Positions 1 to 9,898 of a stretch of 64,000 bases of DNA are shown piece after piece. Numbering within the stretch: position 1 is the stretch's first letter; every line of letters begins with the position of its first letter. Source of the stretch: an uncultured delta proteobacterium (lineage in GTDB: Bacteria; Desulfobacterota; Binatia; Binatales; Binataceae); the NCBI GenBank assembly GCA_963711565.1, contig CAVQEQ010000003.1, forward strand, positions 1 to 64,000. The letters run 5' to 3'. A program made the translations under genes and the position numbers. The notes under the pieces are model-generated. The model had not been told where the DNA came from. It worked only from the letters and a program-made list of their open reading frames with translations, and did no database searches.

Positions 1-1443
1 GGCGTTCCAACCTCCGCCGAGCGCATCTATTAACCCGCTGCTGGCCGTCATCTGTTCGATTCGAAGAGTTACGGCTATTTCCTGATTGGCTAGCAATGCA
101 GTCTGCGCGACGATCACATCAAGGTAAGGATCGAGTCCTAATTTATAGCGATAGACGGCGAGTGTGAGAGTCCTTTGCGCCGACGTGACCGCCGCGTCCT
201 GCTGGTGAATCTCCACCGACAGAATCCGCAACGCCGCGAGATTGTCTTCAACTTGCTGAAAGGCCGTCAGCACCGTCTGCCGATAGTTGGCAACTGTTTC
301 CTCGTACTGCGCATTGAATTGCTCGACCGTGGCGCGGCGCAAGCCTGCGTCGAAAATGGTTTCCGCGACCGTCGGGCCAACCGAGAAAAAGCGGCTCGGC
401 CATGTGAACCAGCTCGCGAACATGACGGTCTCGAATCCCGCCGCGGCGCTTAAGGTGACCGTCGGAAAGTATGCCGCTCTCGCAATGCCAATCTGTGCGT
501 TGGCCTGCGCGACCAGGCGCTCGGCGGCGGCGATGTCGGGACGCCGCTCGAGAAGCTGGGACGGAAAGCCGAAGGGAATTGCCGGAGGAGTTGATTTGAG
601 CGTCTCGAACGGAATCGAGAACGTCGACGCCGGTTGGCCCGTCAGCATCGCGATGGCATGTTCAAATTCCGCCCGCTGGATGCCGAGAGCGGTATCCTGC
701 GCCTGCGTGGATTTGAGTTGAGTCTCGGCTTGCGACACGTCCTGCTCCGAGTCGATGCCGGTCTCGTACAGAGCCTTGGTCAGATCGAGTGAGACTTGAA
801 AAGCGATCACCGTCGAATCCAGCAGCGCTTTGAGCGAATCCTGTCCGCGAAGCTGAAAGTAGTCCGTAGCCACATCGACCTGGACAGTGAGACGGCTGAG
901 CTCGAGATCCGCCTCGCTGGCTTGTGCTCCATAGGCCGCCGATCTAACAGTCTCGCGGATACGGCCGAAGAAGTCCGGCTGCCAGGTAACGTCGAAAGGA
1001 AGAAGATAGTCGGTAAATGTAGGCGATGAGATGCCTCCCATCCCGCCGGGGGTTAGTGTGGACGACAGCCGCTCCCTCGTGAGCTCTGGGCTGGTCGTCA
1101 GTGTAGGGAAAAGCTGCGATCGAGCTTCCTTGACCAGGGCGCGCGCCGCAAAATAGTTTTCCGCAGCGGCTACGATGGTTTGGTTAGAGATATCAACCTT
1201 GTCTTCCAGCGCGTCTAGCTGAGGATCGTTGAAAATCTTCCACCACTTACCGCGAAGGACGGCATCCTTCGGCTGCGCCACCTTCCAACCGTCCGTAGTA
1301 CTGAAATCGGCGGGCGTTAGCTCCTTATATTCAGTAGGCACTTCGGTGGACGGCACGTGGTACTTGGGACTGAGCAGGCATCCTGCGAGGAGGCACGCTA
1401 CTATCGCCAGACAGCTAGTGGCTCTTAGATGGTAAAACGTCAT
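1..1443 (-). CDS. RND efflux outer-membrane lipoprotein (NodT/OprM/TolC family), 3' end runs off the window
   Basis: Not in the ORF track. Manual translation from ATG 1443: MTFYHLRATSCLAIVACLLAGC (lipobox) ...WWKIFNDPQLDALE... QTIVAAAENYFAARA...LFPTL, later SWQPDFFG, all typical OEP motifs. Last gene of the RND operon. Confidence 0.9.
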   Translation of the reverse strand, partial: MTFYHLRATSCLAIVACLLAGCLLSPKYHVPSTEVPTEYKELTPADFSTTDGWKVAQPKDAVLRGKWWKIFNDPQLDALEDKVDISNQTIVAAAENYFAARALVKEARSQLFPTLTTSPELTRERLSSTLTPGGMGGISSPTFTDYLLPFDVTWQPDFFGRIRETVRSAAYGAQASEADLELSRLTVQVDVATDYFQLRGQDSLKALLDSTVIAFQVSLDLTKALYETGIDSEQDVSQAETQLKSTQAQDTALGIQRAEFEHAIAMLTGQPASTFSIPFETLKSTPPAIPFGFPSQLLERRPDIAAAERLVAQANAQIGIARAAYFPTVTLSAAAGFETVMFASWFTWPSRFFSVGPTVAETIFDAGLRRATVEQFNAQYEETVANYRQTVLTAFQQVEDNLAALRILSVEIHQQDAAVTSAQRTLTLAVYRYKLGLDPYLDVIVAQTALLANQEIAVTLRIEQMTASSGLIDALGGGWNA

Positions 1444-1447
1444 AGTC

Positions 1448-4400
1448 CTATGCACTCGCTGATGGCTCCGCGGCGCTTGGAGCAGGTCCAGACTCACGAC
1501 CAGGTAACCCGTGCCTCGCTTGCATCCGCAGCCGCAGCCGGTCGAACGCCAAATAAACGACCGGCGTTGTAAAGAGCGTGAGCAACTGACTCAAGATCAA
1601 CCCACCGACAATCGTGATGCCGAGAGGCCGTCGGAGCTCATAGCCCATACCCGTTTCCAGCGCCAATGGCAGTGCGCCTAACAACGCGGCCGTCGTTGTC
1701 ATGAGGATTGGACGGAAGCGCAACATGCACGCTTCGAAAATCGCGTCGTAAGTGCTCTTTCCCTCCTCGCGCTCGGCCTGCAGAGCGAAATCGATCATCA
1801 TGATTGCGTTCTTCTTGACGATTCCGATCAGCAGCACAATGCCGATGATCGAGATGATGTTCAGATCCTCGTTGAAGAGCATCAAGGCGAGCATCGCGCC
1901 TACGCTCGCCGACGGCAGAGTAGAAATGATCGTCAGTGGATGGACCAGGCTTTCATACAAGATGCCGAGAACGATGTAGACGGCCAGCAGCGCCGTCACA
2001 ATCAGCAGAGGCTCAGTGCTCAGCGACTGCTGGTAGGCCTGCAGTGTGCCGGCATAAAAGCCCAGCAGCGTGGAAGGCGCGCCTAGCTTCTGTTCCATCT
2101 GGTTAATGCTCGAGGTGGCATCGCTCAAGGACACGTTCGGCGCGAGGTTAAAGGACACGGTGACCGACGGGAATAAGCCTGTATGGTTGATCGCCAGTGG
2201 TGTTGTATTGGTTTGGTGCTTGGCTACCGCTACCAGCGGGATGTTATTGCCGTTGGACGAAACAAAGTAAACGTCTTTCAATCCTTCCGGGCTTTGCCAC
2301 CATTGCGGCGCAACTTCCAGCACCACGTAATATTGATTTGCCTGGGTGTAAATGATCGACGCTTCGGATTGGCCGAATGCGCTGTACAACCCCGAGTCCA
2401 GCGACTCTACGGTAAGGCCGAGCTCCGCCGCAGTGACGCGATCATAGTTCAACAACTCATCGAGACCGCCGTTCTGCTGGTCTGAACTTACGGCCTCCAG
2501 TTCGGGCAGGTGCTTCATCGCACCCAGCAGGACCGGTCCCCACTTGGCAAGCTCCTGTTCACTGTCGGATTGGATCGTGTACTGGTACATCGCGTTACTG
2601 GAGCGGCCGCCGATGCGCAGATCCTGCACGGCCTGGAGGAACGCGGAAGCCACCGGCAGACGGTTCAATTGAGGGCTCAGGCGGCTGATGATCTGACTCG
2701 CACCGGCTGTGCGCTCCGCCAGCGGCTTGAGCGCAACGAACAGGGAACCGGTATTTGTGGCCCCATTGCCGCCGGTAAACGCAATTACATTCGCAACGTC
2801 AGGGTCCTTCTTGATCACGGCGCCGATCTGCTGGATGGCGCTGTTCATCGCCGGGAACGATGAATCCTGCGGCCCTTGTACCGAACCAGAGATCGCTCCC
2901 GTGTCCTCCACCGGGAAGAAGCCCTTGGGTATTTCGACGATCAGCACCACGTTGAGCACTATCGTGAGGAAGAGCACGACAAGGGTGAGGGTCGGATTGT
3001 CCAGCACCCACTCCAGGCTGCGGCGATATGCCGAGAGCATTTCGTCAAAAAAATTGTCGATGGCCGTGAAGATGCGGCCACGCTTTTCTGTACGCTGGCT
3101 GCTCAACAGATAGGCGCACATCGTCGGCGTGGTGGTCAGCGAGATGACCATGGACACGAGAATGGCGGTCGAGAGAGTGATGGCGAATTCGCGGAAGAGA
3201 CGGCCAACGATTCCGCCCATCATCAGCAGCGGGATAAAGACGGCAATCAGCGAAATGCTGATAGATACGACGGTGAAGCCGATCTCTTGCGCGCCTTTCA
3301 GCGCCGCGGCAAAGGGCTTCATGCCGTTTTCGACGTGGCGCTTGATATTTTCCATCACAACGATGGCGTCGTCGACCACGAATCCCGTCGAAATGGTCAA
3401 CGCCATCAGCGACAGGTTGTCGACGCTGTACCCGAACAGATACATCACCGCGAACGTACCGATCAGCGAGACCGGCACTGCGACTCCGGGAATGAAGGTT
3501 GCGCGACCGTCGCCCAGGAAGACAAAAACCACCAGGATGACGAGGACGATGGAAATGAGCAGCGTCGTCTCAACGTCGCTGACAGAGGCGCGGATGGTCG
3601 AGGTGCGATCGAGCACGATGGTCGTATCGATGCCGAGCGGAATCGAGGCTTGAATGAACGGAAGCTGCGCGCGGATGGCATCGACCGTGGCGATGATATT
3701 GGCGCCGGGCTGGCGGAAGATGATAATCGGAATCGCGCGCTTGCCGTTCAAATATCCAATCGAACGGACGTTCTGCACAGAGTCCGTCACCGTGGCAACA
3801 TCGGACAGCCGAACGGCCGCGCCGTTGCTATAGCCGACGACGAGCGGCCGGTACTGGTATGCCTTCGAGATCTGGTCGTTGGCCAGGATGTCGGCAGTCA
3901 CGATGCCGTCGGAGAGCTGGCCCTTGGCGAGGTCGGCATTCTGCAGGCTCAGCACTGATTGCAAATTCGCAAGTGTAAGGCCGAAGCTGGCCAACTGCGT
4001 GGGATTTGCGTCCACCCGCACAGACGGCGCCGCGCCACCTCCGACGCTGACCTGCCCTACGCCTTGTATCTGCGACAACTTCTGCTCGACGACGGTCGAA
4101 GCCTGGTCATACAAAACAGCGGCACCGTATCGGTCCGATGAAAGACCCAGGATCATGATCGGCGCGTCGGCGGGATTGACCTTGCGATAGGTTGGATTGG
4201 CCGGCAGGTCGGCGGGCAGATAGGTTCGCGCCGCATTGATGCTGGCCTCAACGTCGCGCGCCGCGCCGTCAATATCGCGGCTGAGATCAAACTGAATCGT
4301 GACTGAGGTGGTGCCGAGCGTGCTGGCCGAGGTCATCTCCGTCACACCTGCCATCTGACCGAACTGCCGCTCCAGCGGAGTGGCGACGGACGACGCCATG

Positions 4401-4573
4401 ATCTCGGCGCTGGCGCCCGGCAAGCTTGCGCTGACGGAAATAGTCGGGAAGTCAACCTCCGGCAGAGGCGCTACCGGCAGCACCTGAAACGCAGTCGCCC
4501 CGGCAAGGAAAATAGCTACCGTGAGCAGCGTGGTGGCCACAGGCCGGTGAATGAAAGGTGCGGAGATGTTCAT
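1448..4573 (-). CDS. mdtC: Multidrug RND permease subunit, MdtC-like
   Basis: 1041 aa; [49 protein letters not shown] motifs; second of two tandem RND permeases. Confidence 0.9.
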   Translation of the reverse strand: MNISAPFIHRPVATTLLTVAIFLAGATAFQVLPVAPLPEVDFPTISVSASLPGASAEIMASSVATPLERQFGQMAGVTEMTSASTLGTTSVTIQFDLSRDIDGAARDVEASINAARTYLPADLPANPTYRKVNPADAPIMILGLSSDRYGAAVLYDQASTVVEQKLSQIQGVGQVSVGGGAAPSVRVDANPTQLASFGLTLANLQSVLSLQNADLAKGQLSDGIVTADILANDQISKAYQYRPLVVGYSNGAAVRLSDVATVTDSVQNVRSIGYLNGKRAIPIIIFRQPGANIIATVDAIRAQLPFIQASIPLGIDTTIVLDRTSTIRASVSDVETTLLISIVLVILVVFVFLGDGRATFIPGVAVPVSLIGTFAVMYLFGYSVDNLSLMALTISTGFVVDDAIVVMENIKRHVENGMKPFAAALKGAQEIGFTVVSISISLIAVFIPLLMMGGIVGRLFREFAITLSTAILVSMVISLTTTPTMCAYLLSSQRTEKRGRIFTAIDNFFDEMLSAYRRSLEWVLDNPTLTLVVLFLTIVLNVVLIVEIPKGFFPVEDTGAISGSVQGPQDSSFPAMNSAIQQIGAVIKKDPDVANVIAFTGGNGATNTGSLFVALKPLAERTAGASQIISRLSPQLNRLPVASAFLQAVQDLRIGGRSSNAMYQYTIQSDSEQELAKWGPVLLGAMKHLPELEAVSSDQQNGGLDELLNYDRVTAAELGLTVESLDSGLYSAFGQSEASIIYTQANQYYVVLEVAPQWWQSPEGLKDVYFVSSNGNNIPLVAVAKHQTNTTPLAINHTGLFPSVTVSFNLAPNVSLSDATSSINQMEQKLGAPSTLLGFYAGTLQAYQQSLSTEPLLIVTALLAVYIVLGILYESLVHPLTIISTLPSASVGAMLALMLFNEDLNIISIIGIVLLIGIVKKNAIMMIDFALQAEREEGKSTYDAIFEACMLRFRPILMTTTAALLGALPLALETGMGYELRRPLGITIVGGLILSQLLTLFTTPVVYLAFDRLRLRMQARHGLPGRESGPAPSAAEPSASA

Positions 4574-7500
4574 CCCGGCCCCGCAGGTTCTGCGCCTCTC
4601 GTCCTCGGCTTGGTTGATCTGCGGGTAAAGCGATGCGCCAGATTGTCAAAGAAGATGTAGATGACGGGCGTGGTGTAAAGCGTGAGCGCCTGGCTCAGCA
4701 GCAGTCCGCCGACCATCGCGATGCCGAGCGGCCTGCGCAACTCGGAACCGTAACCAGTTCCGAGCGCCAACGGCAGCCCCGCCAGCAGCGCGGCCATCGT
4801 GGTCATCATGATGGGACGGAAGCGCAGCAGAGAGGCCTCGTAAATTGCGTCGGTCGCGTTCTTGCCGCGATTGCGCTCGGCGTCCAGCGCGAAGTCGACC
4901 ATCATGATGCCGTTCTTTTTGACGATACCTATCAGCAGGACGATGCCGATGATCGCGACCACGCTCAGGTCCTGGCGAAAGATAATCAGAGCGAGCAAGG
5001 CGCCAACGCCCGCCGACGGCAGCGTGGACAGAATCGTAACCGGATGGACAAAGCTCTCGTACAAAACACCGAGCACGATGTACACGGTGACCAGCGCTGC
5101 AAGAATGAGCAAAGGCTCACTGGCCAGCGAACTCGTGAAGGCTGCGGCAGTGCCTTGAAAGCCTGCCTGCAGGCTGGGGGGCATCTGCATTTTTTTCTGC
5201 ACGTTGTTGACCGCCGTAATGGCGGTGCCAAGGGCGGCATTCGATGCGAGATTGAACGATACGGTGACCGATGGAAATTGACCCTGGTGAGTGATGGAGA
5301 GCGGCTCCGTCGTGTTCTCGAAGTGGGCGAAGGCGCTCAGCGGCACGGCGTTGCTAGTGGCCGAACTGGTAGCACCCGCGGAGGTGGCGCCCTTGCTGGA
5401 GGTCGCCGTGGAGGTGCTGTCGAACAGCGCGTTCGCGGGAGGAGTGAGGGTATTTGCGGCCGGAGTGTAGAGCGCTGAAGACGTCAGCGCATTCGATCCC
5501 GCGGAAGGCGATGCGGAGGACGCAAAATTGGCAGCCGCCGCCGCACCCGTCCCGCCCGATGACGCGTTGGACTGAATGTACAGGTGGTTCAGCTTGTTCG
5601 GGTCCTTCTGAAATTGCGGTTCGCTCTCGAGCACAACGTGATACTGGTTAACCTGCGTGTACATGGTGTTGATTTGCCGCTGGCCGAAGGCATCATACAG
5701 AGTGTTATCGATGGTCGAAGGCGCGATGCCCAGGCGTGAGGCGGTGACCCGGTCAATCACCAGCGCTACGGCCAGCCCGCCCAATTGTTGATCGGTCGCG
5801 ACGTCTTCCAGCTCCGGCAACTCCTTCAGTTGGTCGATGAAGCGGCCGGTCCAGGTGTTCAGCTCGGACGCACTGGAATCTTCGAGCGTGTACTGGTACT
5901 GCGTGCGGCTCACCCGGTCGTCCACGCTGATGTCCTGCACCGGTTCCATGAACAGCTCGATCCCATTGACCGCCCGCAATTTATGCTTGAGCCTTCGGAT
6001 CACGTCTGACGCGCTGAGGCTGCGCTGGTCGAGCGGCTTCAGGTTGATCGACATGCGGCCGCTGTTGGTCGTGGTATTCGTGCCGTCCGCGCCAATAAAC
6101 GACGAAAGGCTTTCAACGGCCGGGTCCTCCAGAATCACCTTCGCAATCTCCTGCTGCTTCGCGGCCATGGCTTTTGAGCTAATCGTCGCCGGCGCCTGCG
6201 ATATGCCTTGGATGACGCCGGTGTCCTGTACCGGGAAGAAGCCCTTCGGGATCACGACGTACAGGAAAATCGTAAGCACCAGCGTCGCCGCGGCGACCAA
6301 CAGCATGATCGTCTGGTATCCAAGGACAAACTTCAGTGTCCGGCCGTAAAACGCGATCATCCGCTCGAAAGCATTCTCCGTTGCTCTCAAGATGCGCCCC
6401 TGCTGCTCCTTTGGCTGGTGCCGCAAGATTCGCGCGCTCATCATGGGCGTGAGCGTAAGCGAGACCACCGCCGAAAGGACGATCGTGACGGCAAGTGTTA
6501 CGGCAAACTCGCGGAACAGGAGCCCAACCACGCCGCCCATGAATAACAGCGGAATCAAGACGGCGATGAGCGACACGGTCAGCGACAGAATCGTGAAGCC
6601 GATTTGCTCCGCACCCTTCAACGCCGCATCCAGAGGTAGTTCGCCCGCCTCGATGTAGCGCGAGATGTTCTCGATCATCACGATGGCATCGTCGACGACG
6701 AAACCGGTCGAGATGGTCAGCGCCATCATCGATAAGTTATCCAGGCTGTAGCCAAGGACGTACATCGCCGCGAAGGTGCCGACCAGCGACAGCGGCACCG
6801 CCACGCTCGGGATGATCGTGGCAGGAAGACTCCGCAGGAAGATGAAGATGACCAGCACGACGAGTCCGACCGTCAACATCAATTCGAACTCAACGTCGGA
6901 GACCGATGCTTTGATGGCGGTGGTAAGGTCGGTAAGCGTGGTTAGATGAATTCCGGTGGGCAGGTTGGCCTCGAGCTGCGGAATCAGCTGCTTGATGCTC
7001 TTGACGACGCTGATGGTGTTGGCGCCCGGCTGGCGTTGCACATTCAAGATGACCGCAGGGGTCTGATTCATCCAAGCGGCCTGATTATTGTTCTCGACGC
7101 CGTTCACGATGCGTGCGATGTCGGTCAGCATCACCGGCGCGCCGTTGCGGTATGCGACTACAACGGACCGATAGTCGCCGCTGGTGATCAGCTGATCGTT
7201 GGCGTCGATCTGGTAGTCCTGGCTCGGCCCGTCGAAGTTCCCTTTGGCTGCATTCACGCTGGCCGCCGTCAGCGCAGTGCGCAGGTCTTCCAGGTTGATC
7301 CCGTAGGATGACAGCGCCGTGGGGTTGGCCTGAATACGCACCGCGGGCTTTTGCCCGCCGCTGATGGTTACAAGGCCCACACCGTTGAGCTGCGAAATCT
7401 TCGGCGCAAGGCGGGTATCCACCAGGTCCTCGACCTGCGAAAGCGGCATCGAGCTGGACGTGATGCCGAGCGTGAGCACAGGGGCATCCGCTGGATTCGT

Positions 7501-7893
7501 CTTACTGTAGATCGGCGGCGCGGGCAGGATGGATGGCAGCAAACTCTGCGCCGCATTGATGGCCGCCTGTACCTCTTCCTCGGCGACATCGATAGACATA
7601 GTGAGATTAAACTGCAGCACGATGACCGAAGTGCCGCCGGAGCTGGTCGAAGTCATCTGGCTCAAGCCCTGCATTTCGCCGAGTTGGCGCTCCAGCGGCG
7701 CAGTCACCGTCGTCGCCATCACGTCGGGGCTCGCACCCGGATAGAACGTGAGCACCTGGATGGTCGGATAGGCGACGTTCGGCAAGGCGGAGACAGGCAG
7801 TTGCGTATAGCTGACAAGACCGACCAACAGGATCGCGGCCATCAGCAAGGACGTGGCGACAGGCCGCAGGATAAACTGACGAGATGGACTCAC
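4570..7893 (-). CDS. mdtB: Multidrug RND permease subunit, MdtB-like, with Ser/Ala/Thr-rich insertion
   Basis: 1107 aa; [41 protein letters not shown]; 4-nt overlaps with both neighbours. Confidence 0.9.
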   Translation of the reverse strand: MSPSRQFILRPVATSLLMAAILLVGLVSYTQLPVSALPNVAYPTIQVLTFYPGASPDVMATTVTAPLERQLGEMQGLSQMTSTSSGGTSVIVLQFNLTMSIDVAEEEVQAAINAAQSLLPSILPAPPIYSKTNPADAPVLTLGITSSSMPLSQVEDLVDTRLAPKISQLNGVGLVTISGGQKPAVRIQANPTALSSYGINLEDLRTALTAASVNAAKGNFDGPSQDYQIDANDQLITSGDYRSVVVAYRNGAPVMLTDIARIVNGVENNNQAAWMNQTPAVILNVQRQPGANTISVVKSIKQLIPQLEANLPTGIHLTTLTDLTTAIKASVSDVEFELMLTVGLVVLVIFIFLRSLPATIIPSVAVPLSLVGTFAAMYVLGYSLDNLSMMALTISTGFVVDDAIVMIENISRYIEAGELPLDAALKGAEQIGFTILSLTVSLIAVLIPLLFMGGVVGLLFREFAVTLAVTIVLSAVVSLTLTPMMSARILRHQPKEQQGRILRATENAFERMIAFYGRTLKFVLGYQTIMLLVAAATLVLTIFLYVVIPKGFFPVQDTGVIQGISQAPATISSKAMAAKQQEIAKVILEDPAVESLSSFIGADGTNTTTNSGRMSINLKPLDQRSLSASDVIRRLKHKLRAVNGIELFMEPVQDISVDDRVSRTQYQYTLEDSSASELNTWTGRFIDQLKELPELEDVATDQQLGGLAVALVIDRVTASRLGIAPSTIDNTLYDAFGQRQINTMYTQVNQYHVVLESEPQFQKDPNKLNHLYIQSNASSGGTGAAAAANFASSASPSAGSNALTSSALYTPAANTLTPPANALFDSTSTATSSKGATSAGATSSATSNAVPLSAFAHFENTTEPLSITHQGQFPSVTVSFNLASNAALGTAITAVNNVQKKMQMPPSLQAGFQGTAAAFTSSLASEPLLILAALVTVYIVLGVLYESFVHPVTILSTLPSAGVGALLALIIFRQDLSVVAIIGIVLLIGIVKKNGIMMVDFALDAERNRGKNATDAIYEASLLRFRPIMMTTMAALLAGLPLALGTGYGSELRRPLGIAMVGGLLLSQALTLYTTPVIYIFFDNLAHRFTRRSTKPRTRGAEPAGPG

Positions 7894-9116
7894 GGGGTGC
7901 TGATGGCGGTCGGGCTGGCTGCGACCGGCTTGTTCACTACGTTGACCGCGGCTTTGTCCTGCAACTTATCGAAGCTGCTGGTGGCGACAACTTCTCCGGG
8001 ATTGACGCCGTCAACCTGAGTTACGCCTCCCTCTGTAACTCCCGGTTTGACGCTGCGCATCTGAACGACGTTGTTTTGAATCACATACGCAAACGAGGCC
8101 TGGCCATTCTGTTGAATTGCCGATGATGGGAGCAGCGTCACCCCCTGCACGGTATTTACCAGCAGTCGCGTGTTTACAAACTGGTTCGGAAAGAGCGCGT
8201 CATCTTCGTTGTCGAATAGCGCTCGGCCTTTTACCGTCCCGGTCGTAGTGTCGATCTGGTTGTCGAGCGTCAACAGCTTGCCGCTCGCGATCTTCGTCAG
8301 CGCCGTACGATCGTAGGCATCGACGGTGAGGCTGGCGTTCTTGCGCCTCCCGGCCTGAACCTGGGCTATGCTGTCTTCCGGTATCGTGAAAACTACGGTG
8401 ATCGGCTCCAACTGCGTAATTACTGCGAGGGTTACGGTTCCGGCAGACTGCACCACGTTGCCGGGGTCCACCAGCCTTAGACCCACGCGGCCGGCAATTG
8501 GAGCAGTGATGTGGCAGAAGTCGAGCTGAACCTGGTCGAAATCCACCGCGCCCTGATCGTTTTTTACTGTGCCCCTGTCCTGCAGTACGAGCTTTTCCTG
8601 GTCATCGAGGATTTGCTTTGCGATCGCGCGGCGTCCCCACGCGATTCGGTAGCGCTCGGCGTCCATCTCGGCTTGCGCGAGCAGATTTTCATCTCGCTCG
8701 AGCGCACCTTGCGCCTGTAAAAGTGTTGCGCGGAACGGACGCGGGTCTATATCTACAAGCGGATCGCCCTGCGCTACCCGCTGACCCTCCTTATAGTGGA
8801 CGGCAACGATCAGCCCCGTCACCTGACTGGTAATCGAAGCGGTATAGACGGGGGTAACCGTACCGATTGCGTCAAGGTAGACGCCGATGTCGCCCTTTGT
8901 GGCCGTCGCACTCGTTACGGTGATCTTCTTCGGCGCGGGTGCGGCTTTCTTCGCGCCCATGAGGTGCAAGACGAGCCAGAACACCAGCACCACGACCAGA
9001 ATCAACGCACCCCAGATGATGACCCGCACGGCAGTGGGTCGGGGAGGTTGGGCAGCAGGACCGCTCAGTTGGGGGTCAGGGCCGGCGGCGGCGCGCCGGT
9101 TCACGTCAGGTGGCAA
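7890..9116 (-). CDS. mdtA: RND periplasmic adaptor (membrane fusion protein), MdtA-like
   Basis: N-terminal TM anchor, [39 protein letters not shown] motifs. Confidence 0.9.
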   Translation of the reverse strand: MPPDVNRRAAAGPDPQLSGPAAQPPRPTAVRVIIWGALILVVVLVFWLVLHLMGAKKAAPAPKKITVTSATATKGDIGVYLDAIGTVTPVYTASITSQVTGLIVAVHYKEGQRVAQGDPLVDIDPRPFRATLLQAQGALERDENLLAQAEMDAERYRIAWGRRAIAKQILDDQEKLVLQDRGTVKNDQGAVDFDQVQLDFCHITAPIAGRVGLRLVDPGNVVQSAGTVTLAVITQLEPITVVFTIPEDSIAQVQAGRRKNASLTVDAYDRTALTKIASGKLLTLDNQIDTTTGTVKGRALFDNEDDALFPNQFVNTRLLVNTVQGVTLLPSSAIQQNGQASFAYVIQNNVVQMRSVKPGVTEGGVTQVDGVNPGEVVATSSFDKLQDKAAVNVVNKPVAASPTAISTP

Positions 9117-9331
9117 TCGGAATCTCCTTTTTCAGCAGCCCGAGCTTCGTCTCGCGCGAATGCTCTCCCGCACGAGCCGCTTTTTGGCATCCCAACGGCA
9201 ACGGACGCCATCATTGAATGTCGCCTTGGCGTTTCGGCAGGTCAACCTTCGCGGAGCAGATCGATGGCGCGTAAAGTCAATTTGCCGGAGGCCTGAACGA
9301 TGGATGTGTCTTCCAAACCGTACCGAATATC

Positions 9332-9360
9332 TTGCCACAGAAGATCGCTTGGTCTATACG
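9332..9360 (+). promoter_or_regulatory. Putative sigma70 promoter for the His-rich leader/TonB receptor unit
   Basis: TTGCCA (9332-9337), 17-nt spacer, TATACG (9355-9360). Confidence 0.45.
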
Positions 9361-9397
9361 GCAAGTTGGAATCGGAGCATCGGACAGTCTTGGCGGC

Positions 9398-9742
9398 GTG
9401 AGCTTGATTCATCATCGGCACAGCGGAGGAAACTATCCGCACGTCCATCGCCACGATGGCGCCGACGAATCGCACTATCACCATCACGAACACCACGACG
9501 AAGATCACCATTCCCACGGTCACGGCGATCACGCCTACGACGTCCACGGTAATGAAGCAGCGATCGTCGCAAGCGATCCTCATCGCCTCGAGCATTGGCA
9601 CTTCGATCGTCCCTTCGCCGGAATCGCAATCACACCAATCCGCGATGTCGCGTCCGATTTCGATGCCACCGTCGTTGCAGTCGCCAACCATGATCTGAGC
9701 TGCTTGCCGCTCGCGGCCCGTCCGCCGCCCGCTTTCATCTAG
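9398..9742 (+). CDS. His-rich leader-like protein with C-terminal ARPPP motif
   Basis: 22 His by manual count; ends LAARPPPAFI; directly upstream of a TonB-dependent receptor. The ORF track starts at TTG 9332, but GTG 9398 fits the predicted promoter. Confidence 0.7.
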   Translation: MSLIHHRHSGGNYPHVHRHDGADESHYHHHEHHDEDHHSHGHGDHAYDVHGNEAAIVASDPHRLEHWHFDRPFAGIAITPIRDVASDFDATVVAVANHDLSCLPLAARPPPAFI

Positions 9743-9790
9743 GCTTCTTCCGAAATCGTTCCTTTCGAGATTTCTCCAGCTTCGAATCCG

Positions 9791-9828
9791 GGAAGCCACG
9801 TTCGTCGTGCACGACGAACGTGGCTTCC
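9791..9828. repeat. Perfect 38-bp palindrome
   Basis: GGAAGCCACGTTCGTCGTG|CACGACGAACGTGGCTTCC, no spacer. Confidence 0.95.
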
Positions 9829-9898
9829 ATCGGTGCGCGCAAAGGCCGGGGCTGTGCAGGCATTCGCGATCGAATGCCTGGTGGAGAGGACTATTTCC

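Noticed and set aside
9242-9799. 185-aa hydrophobic ORF on the minus strand
   Set aside because: Antisense shadow of His/Asp codons (CAC/CAT/GAC read as GTG/ATG/GTC); the plus-strand His-rich ORF has promoter and context support
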